This document shows, one piece after another, positions 58,053 to 64,000 of a stretch of 64,000 bases of DNA. Where the stretch lies: IMG/VR virus record IMGVR_UViG_3300045988_094428, positions 1 to 64,000 of that record; one strand, 5' to 3'. How positions within the stretch are numbered: position 1 is the stretch's first letter; the number at the start of each line of letters is the position of its first letter. The translations under genes were made by a program, and so were the position numbers. The notes under the pieces were generated by a model that was given only the letters and a program-made list of their open reading frames with translations, made no database searches and was not told the DNA's origin. Source of the DNA: a virus.

Positions 58053-60512
58053 TTAATAATTAAATTCTCTGTCTAAGCCTGCACCAAAACGAATGATATT
58101 TATTTTTTTTGATATTGGTCTTATTACAACAACATCCCACGCTTGTTCTGTTGCATCACCTTCTGTTCTTGACGGAGAAACAAGTCCATAAGTTGTATCA
58201 TAACCAGTAATAGCTCTGATTGAATCAGAATTAACATCTGTTTGTTCAAATTTTCCACACGTTGAAGCAATAGATAACCATGGTTCTGTAAAAGCATAGT
58301 CGCAATGACTATGACCGAATAACTGAATAAATTTACCACCACTTGAAATGAACGTAGAAATAGCATTGTTAATTGCTTCAGACCTTGCTTCTGACGGAAT
58401 CTTGTTGCTAAAATTCTGATTCTTTTGTGTAGACATATGCTCACAAAGAACCACAGTCTTATCTGTGTTCAGCGCTGTATCTATAAACCATGTCTTTGTA
58501 TCTTCTGAGATTACATAAGCATTCAAATAATTTGTATTGATAAATACTACCCTTATGTTCAACTCTTTATAATCAACATAGAAATCAGTTCCATTAGTGG
58601 CTTTGTTTACGATTGCATTTTTAGGGGTCGCAGACATAAATGCTCTGTAAGTCTGCCCTATATCGAATTTAGGACTTGGGTCATAATTCGTATCATGGTT
58701 CCCAACAGCAAACAAGTACGGGATTCCGATACTGTTGAAAGCTGATAACATATAGTCTGCTTGTGATAAAGATGTTTCAATATTACTACTTCCATTTATG
58801 TTATCACCAAGATTTGCAATGAAATCGCAATGAATTTTCTTAGCAAAATACTTTATATTTTTAATGGTTTCGTCAAAATTCTGAAATACTATTGAAGTAG
58901 GTGCATAATGAATATCTGTGATTTTCGGAAACACAAGACAAGGCTCTGTCATGCAATTTCTAACAGAAGCGATAGTTTCGTTCATTTCCGAAACAAATTT
59001 TTCTGATAAATCGTTTTCCAGCTTAGTTATTCTTTTTTCGTGGTCTGACAGCACGGAATCATATACCTTAACTGTTATGCCAAGTTCTTCAAGTGTGATA
59101 GTCGAAGATGTATCTGTTTTTGAGCAAGCGATGCAAATATAAGAATCTACAGATGGAATCCAATCCATAGGTTCTGTTTCCCATCCACCCCGCAAAACAT
59201 TCGTGTACTTTCCATCAGCAAGTGTCCATGCACTTCTTGCAAACTGTTGCCCTAAAATAGTTTCAATATGAACCTTTGTATTTGCTTTTATGAATAGCAA
59301 TTCTGAAAAAGATATTCTTGTCGTTGAACTAACTTTAATTGGTTTTGCTCCACCGGTTTGTCTTGACCATGATACTCTTGCCCAATCTGTAAAAAGCCTC
59401 GACCCATCTTCAAGAAGCATTTTTAACACATCTACATCGTTTCTTAGCGCAGATGTTTTTTCTACAGTGTCAGCAACAGTACCTTGTAAATGCGCATCCT
59501 TTGCCCAATTTGCTGAAATCTTTCTGTTACTATTTACATTAAGTGCAACATAATAACAATCTCTCTTGTTGTTAGTAACTGTTCTTTTATTACCATATGT
59601 TGAATCAAGTGCAAAGTAGTCGATGTATTTTTTGTCTGCATCATATAGTTGGTATTGGTTAGTCGGAAGTGCTTCGCCATCATCTGAATAGATAGTAAAT
59701 ATAGTTCCTTTTGGAATCTCAAATGGTACAAGCTCCGTGCTATTAATTGTACTTTTGTAAAATCCAACAATACCAGAAATTTTAGTTATATCTTCTTTTA
59801 GCTGACTTTCCGCATCGGTAGCTCTATCAATTTCACCCTACAAGTCCTTTCTAATAGAAGTAACTTTAGACGATTCTGCTTTACCAGCCAATTTATCTCC
59901 GACAGTTTTTGCATCAGCGGCATAACCAGAAATTGTAAGTGTTGTGTCTGTCTTTAACGATGCGGCACTTTTAGCGGCAGCATCAGCAGCCGCTTGAGCC
60001 GCTTTTGATGCTGCAAGTGTATCATTATAATATTTGGCAGCGATAGCATTAAAACTATCAATAGCTGCTTGAAGTGCATTTTCATCTTCGATAGGTTCGC
60101 CAGTATCAAGTAATCCTTCCTCAACCTAAAAAGTAGCTGGTTTTGTATGAAGAATATATTGTGATACGTTAGTCATATCATTTGTATCATATATTGATAC
60201 GTCATAAGTTACAGTGCCTTTAGCACTTGTGACATTAGAATCAAGAACCCAGTCGAACAGAACGAATTGCTCGTTACCTTCTGTAATAACCTCTCTGCTA
60301 TTACAGAAAAACTGGTCATAACGATTCAGAGAATTGACATATCTGACAGTAAGAATCTTATCGGTAATATCAATACCATCAATCACTGATGGAATCTTAA
60401 AGGTAATATATCTTGAATCATTATCATTTACAACAGCCAATTCTTCTGTCGCGCTTGGAACGATTGTTCTATTTACAATTTCAAAAATATAAGTTCCGTT
60501 CAAGCTATTCAA
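58053..60512 (-). CDS. Tail-fibre-like protein (~819 codons) with a C-terminal metallophosphoesterase domain, containing two in-frame TAG codons (plus 60126-60128 and 59838-59840)
   Basis: A single continuous frame. ...HTKPATF-TAG-VEEGLLDTGEPIEDENALQAAIDSFNAIAAKYYNDTLAASKAAQAAADAAAK... and ...SIRKDL-TAG-GEIDRATDAESQLKEDI... The downstream segments have no start codon of their own. C-terminal calcineurin-like motifs GDNINGSS and FAVGNHDTNYD. RBS AGGAGG + TTG start at 60512. Confidence 0.6.
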
Positions 60513-61002
60513 CCTCCTAAATTAAAAATAAGGGTGTAGCATTAAGCTACACCCAACTTATTAAATGTACTTATCGTCAGTAATATACTCGTACTCTTCT
60601 GGAGTAATCCAGCCCTTTTTGGTTACATTATAGACCATCTTTTTAGTCCAGAAACCAGAATCGTAGTAATACTCAGCTTTCTTTCCGTGTGCGGACAGTT
60701 CCATATCGTCCATATATTGTACTTCCATATCTTCCATATCTTCCATACCGCCCATACTAGCGGTTTTCTCTTCTTCGACAGGTAGTTCAATATCACTCAT
60801 AACAGCAATATACTCAATCAAAGATTGTTGATTGCTAATCTGAGCATTGCGATGTTCGACCATCTTCTCCTCGTGAGGATTCATAATCGCCTTTTGAAAA
60901 ATCATAATTCTACCTCCATAAATCATTGTAGAATTTATTCATTCGCTATATCAATCTATATGAGTTGCCATGCTCCGCATGAGCAACCCAACAGCTATAG
61001 CA

Positions 61003-61956
61003 CTAATCTATTTTTTCTTTGGTTCTACGACCTTTTACAACAAGTTTAACCATTTTACGTAATTTACGCTTTTCATTCTTAACATTATCTCCAAGGATTG
61101 ACATAACGACCTTGCCGGTTTCGGTAAGTCTGAACTTAAATCCCAAGAATGGAATACCCTTACCAACTCTATAGAGTTTAGTTTTCTTAGGATGCAATTC
61201 AAGACCAATTTTAGCTAGTTCTTCTTGAATCTCGTGCATACACTTGATTAAGTAATTTCTATCGTGATGAATAAGAATAAAGTCATCCATATAACGAATA
61301 TAATACTTAATGTGCATACGTTCTTTAATCTTATGGTCAAGTTTATCCAGAACAGAAATGCCAGCAATCTGAACAACTTGGCTACCGGGATTATACCCGG
61401 TATCACCAAGATATTGTTCATTTAATATTCTACAGACTCTATCTGCATATTCTACTGGTAATTTCTCTCTGAACAAGGCATTTGTTGTATCATGCCGCAT
61501 ATTATCATAATAGTGCTTAATGTCGCATTGCAGAACCCAAGCATCAAGACCGTTCTTTCTGTAGCATCTTTGCAGATGACATTTTAAACGGCCTCTAGCG
61601 AAATCAGTTCCTTTACCCTTTTGACAAGCACAATTATCATAAATAAAACTTCGAGTCATTAACGGATACACTAAATTATCATTAAGACTGCGTTGATATA
61701 CCCTGTCTCTGAAAGCTATGCTCACAGCAATTCTTTCTTTCGGATGAGTGATATGAACAGTCTTAGTTGGACGTGGTTGGTATGTTCCGTTTGCAAGTTG
61801 TTCTTCTAGTTTAAGAACCTATTCAATTCCATGAATATAGAAATTAGCGACAGATTCTTTCCAGCTAACATTTTTCTTGCACTTATATAAAGAATCAAGT
61901 AGGTGCTCGAAGTCTAGGACATTTACTACTTGATTCGATTCCTAATTATTATTCAT
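61003..61956 (-). CDS. Diversity-generating-retroelement reverse transcriptase with two in-frame TAG codons (plus 61942-61944 and 61819-61821)
   Basis: MNNN-TAG-ESNQVVNVLDFEHLLDSLYKCKKN...YIHGIE-TAG-VLKLEEQLANGTYQPRPTKTVHITHPKERIAVSIAFRDRVYQRSL...CACQKGKGTDFA...VLQCDIKHYYDNMRHD...GSQVVQIAGISVL...YIRYMDDFILI. All RT motifs 1-7 present, including YMDD and the DGR-type SQ motif. Frame verified across both TAGs. Confidence 0.8.
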
Positions 61957-62150
61957 TAAACTTTGACACAACAACTAAACTAAGCCGTATATAGGCGTAC
62001 TGGCTCGAAAACCAACGCCATCGGCATAGAGTGGTTTAGTTATCTTTTATAATCTTCCAAGCAAGATAACAGGGTTATAACCTCCTTGTGTTTGAAGTCG
62101 AGAACCTAGCTTGCGCTATACGTAAGATTTTTTATTAGGGACTTTCAAAT

Positions 62151-62270
62151 ACAATCGGGCGAGAACCTATTCGAGTTGCTCGCGTTGTTGTTGTTGACGT
62201 TACCGCTAGAGTTGACATTCCACGTATTATTAGCATTGCCACGATTAGCAGACCGCAAGCGCACATTCTG
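62151..62270 (-). repeat. DGR template repeat (TR)
   Basis: 120-nt near-identical copy of the 3' end of the target gene; differs from VR at 15 positions, all adenines in TR on the coding (minus) strand. Confidence 0.85.
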
Positions 62271-62301
62271 AATCAGGTTATAACCCAAATATATATAAAA
62301 A

Positions 62302-62745
62302 TTAAGTTTCGTCTTTTTCTTTAGATTCTTTAAGGAGATGTCCATACCGAGTACAATCGCTGTGATTCCACTTACGAATTAAACCTCTGACTGAAATAAC
62401 AGATTCAGACCAATACTTAATACGGCTGGCTCTTAGATGATATAACGTCTATGCCAAGTATATAAGGTTTAATAGTGTATTACACGCTTTTGCCGCATCT
62501 CTTTGGAGCTTATCGCGCTCCTGCCATCTTCCAACATTATCGTCAACTCTAATGTTGTTTGCATCCATAAGATTATTAAAGATGGTCAATGCGGAATCTT
62601 GGATTTTTAGTTTGACCGATTCATCATAATCAGGAATAAATACATTCTTGTTAGATGTGATTCTTAAAGTGTAGACTGCAAGCTCTCTGGCTTGCATAAC
62701 GACTTCTAGTCTATTTTCTTTTCTTTGACCAGCCGGAACAGACAT
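62302..62745 (-). CDS. avd: DGR accessory variability determinant (Avd-like four-helix-bundle protein), 98 codons + in-frame TAG (plus 62449-62451) + 49 codons to TAA
   Basis: Position between VR and TR typical of avd. Small basic helical protein. The annotated 98-aa ORF is short for Avd and the frame stays open for 49 more codons after the TAG. Confidence 0.5.
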
Positions 62746-62885
62746 TGTGCGGCCTCCTTAATTTAATTTTTATATATTTGCTTTTATTGTTAATATTCGG
62801 ACAACAGTATTTCTCTAAGGAAATTACTGCTTTTAATCTAAATAGAAAATCTTGCACGAAAAGTATTCGTGCAAGATTACTAGGA

Positions 62886-64000
62886 TTAGCAGATGACACA
62901 AGCGGGCGAGAACCTATGCGAGTAGCTCGCGTTGTAGCTGCCGACGTTACCGCTAGAGTAGACAATCCACGCATTACTAGCATAGCCACGAAAAGCAGAC
63001 CGCAAGCGCACATACTGTGCGCTAGAAGTGTTCTCAACAGCATAGGTAATCATCTGAGGATAAGTACCCCACTGAGCCAACGGAGTAGTAGTACCAGCAA
63101 CACGCTTCCAGTATTCCCAAGCGTCTCCCTCGCCAGATTTCTGAGGATTCACATAAATCTGCTCAAGTGCTGGCAAGAATACCTTATCGTAGGTAACGTC
63201 AGAAGTATTACCAGCAATATCGTCATTTACGGTATTTGGGTAGGTAACAATCTTAACAGGCTTGATAGCATCTAAAAGGTCGGCTGGCATACCAGTCAAG
63301 AAACCGTCATGGGATGCCAACTCGTCAGGTGCAATATCCCACTCATCCTGTGCTACCCACCAGTTACCCTTAGTAGCAGAGCTATTTAGGTACTGACGTA
63401 GCGCGGATGTTTTCCACCTGTTCCATCCATAAGCCATTTCCTGACAGGAGTTCAGGTTGCCGTTACGCTTATCATGCTTCATAGTACCAAGATTCGTACC
63501 AGATGCGGTAAATGTCGGAGTAATGTTGTCTTCAACCTTAGTCTTACCGTCTGCCGCCCAAGTATAGACACGCCAGTTAGCTTTTGGTTTGTCAGGTGCT
63601 CCATAGCAACCGGAAATACGTCCACCAGCAGGAACTGGCTTAGTAAGAGTGAAGCTGACAATATCACCAGCCGCAACATTGTTACCCCACTTAGTTTCTA
63701 TCGTAAAATAGTAAGTACCAGCGGCTAATTCGGTATCACACTTCAAAAATGCTCTCTGGTGACTAAACTGTACACCAAACGGATGCGCATAGTGTGCCTG
63801 AATAGTCATACCCGGTACGGTTTCGCCATCCTGAAGTGAGTAATTGCCGAAATGAGCAACGTGCCAATTATAGTTCGCATATTCCTTATTTGAACTAGCG
63901 GTATCAATCCACTTATCCTTAAACTGGTCGCCAAAATCATAAACATATTCTGCATAACCAGCACGAACTAGAGTAGCAACTTCTGCCCAGTTACCAGACA
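62886..64000 (-). CDS. DGR target protein (tail fibre / receptor-binding protein), partial at window edge, with C-terminal variable region
   Basis: Open frame runs from the window edge to 62886. C-terminal ...GYASNAWIVYSSGNVGSYNASYSHRFSPACVIC encoded by the VR. Confidence 0.7.
   Translation of the reverse strand, partial: SGNWAEVATLVRAGYAEYVYDFGDQFKDKWIDTASSNKEYANYNWHVAHFGNYSLQDGETVPGMTIQAHYAHPFGVQFSHQRAFLKCDTELAAGTYYFTIETKWGNNVAAGDIVSFTLTKPVPAGGRISGCYGAPDKPKANWRVYTWAADGKTKVEDNITPTFTASGTNLGTMKHDKRNGNLNSCQEMAYGWNRWKTSALRQYLNSSATKGNWWVAQDEWDIAPDELASHDGFLTGMPADLLDAIKPVKIVTYPNTVNDDIAGNTSDVTYDKVFLPALEQIYVNPQKSGEGDAWEYWKRVAGTTTPLAQWGTYPQMITYAVENTSSAQYVRLRSAFRGYASNAWIVYSSGNVGSYNASYSHRFSPACVIC
62898..63017 (-). 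repeat. DGR variable repeat (VR) at the 3' end of the target gene
   Basis: Aligns to TR 62151-62270 with 15 mismatches, every one at a TR adenine (coding strand). Confidence 0.85.

Noticed and set aside
60120-60135. Apparent -1 frameshift at a T5 run joining ORF 60126-60512 to the downstream tail-fibre frame
   Set aside because: This was an artefact of my first hand-reading of the junction. On re-reading the exact bases the downstream VEEGLLDTGEP... frame is in phase with the upstream ORF, so the junction is an in-frame TAG, not a frameshift.
62145-62345. 66-aa minus-strand ORF ending ...NRFSPDCI
   Set aside because: It is the DGR template repeat. Its similarity to the target protein C-terminus is a consequence of the TR being a copy of the VR, not an independent gene.
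62745-63275. 176-aa plus-strand ORF and 62711-63043 minus ORF around the VR
   Set aside because: Antisense/out-of-frame to the DGR target gene and avd; no domain signal.
1-64000. CRISPR arrays, integrase/attachment sites, rRNA genes
   Set aside because: No direct-repeat/spacer arrays, no tyrosine/serine recombinase motifs and no rRNA-like segments were seen. The element looks like a virulent phage segment rather than a prophage edge.

Overview
This 64-kb window reads as part of a large virulent dsDNA phage genome. The host is probably a low-GC bacterium, judging from AGGAGG-type ribosome-binding sites and a reiterated sigma70-like TTGACA-17bp-TATAAT promoter family.

The + strand (1-56.6 kb) carries early and middle genes:
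- an RNA/tRNA-repair toolkit: an intein-containing ATP-dependent RNA ligase, a T4 Pnk-like kinase fused to an HD phosphohydrolase, a nucleotidyltransferase, a Thg1-like enzyme and a CCA-adding enzyme;
- a PurA/PurZ-like adenylosuccinate synthetase;
- nucleotide metabolism: dNMP kinase, dUTPase, FolD, ThyX, UDG and Dam;
- a replication module: a primase-helicase with an intein in the Walker A motif, and a DnaE-like polymerase split by an endonuclease-bearing intervening sequence;
- a Sak4-like ATPase, SSB and a Cas4-like nuclease;
- a phoH gene interrupted exactly in its Walker A codon by a probable group I intron that encodes a LAGLIDADG endonuclease;
- a roughly 3.5-kb array of at least 12 tRNA genes interleaved with two homing-endonuclease genes, plus several non-canonical tRNA-like RNAs.

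The - strand at the right end (57-64 kb) carries late genes: holin, endolysin, a tail-fibre gene with a C-terminal metallophosphoesterase domain, and a complete diversity-generating retroelement (target gene variable region, avd, template repeat, reverse transcriptase).

The most striking observation is eight in-frame TAG codons inside otherwise intact, well-conserved genes: the DGR reverse transcriptase (2), avd (1), the tail fibre (2), a lytic transglycosylase read-through extension (1) and two homing endonucleases (1 each). Seven of the eight are followed by a purine. The three TAGs that act as genuine stops are followed by T, and in two cases by a tandem in-frame TGA. This pattern suggests amber stop-codon recoding or suppression confined to late and selfish-element genes. 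I could not identify a CUA-anticodon suppressor tRNA in the window.

All coordinates are hand-derived from the sequence. Domain calls rest on motifs I recognised by eye; no database search was run.
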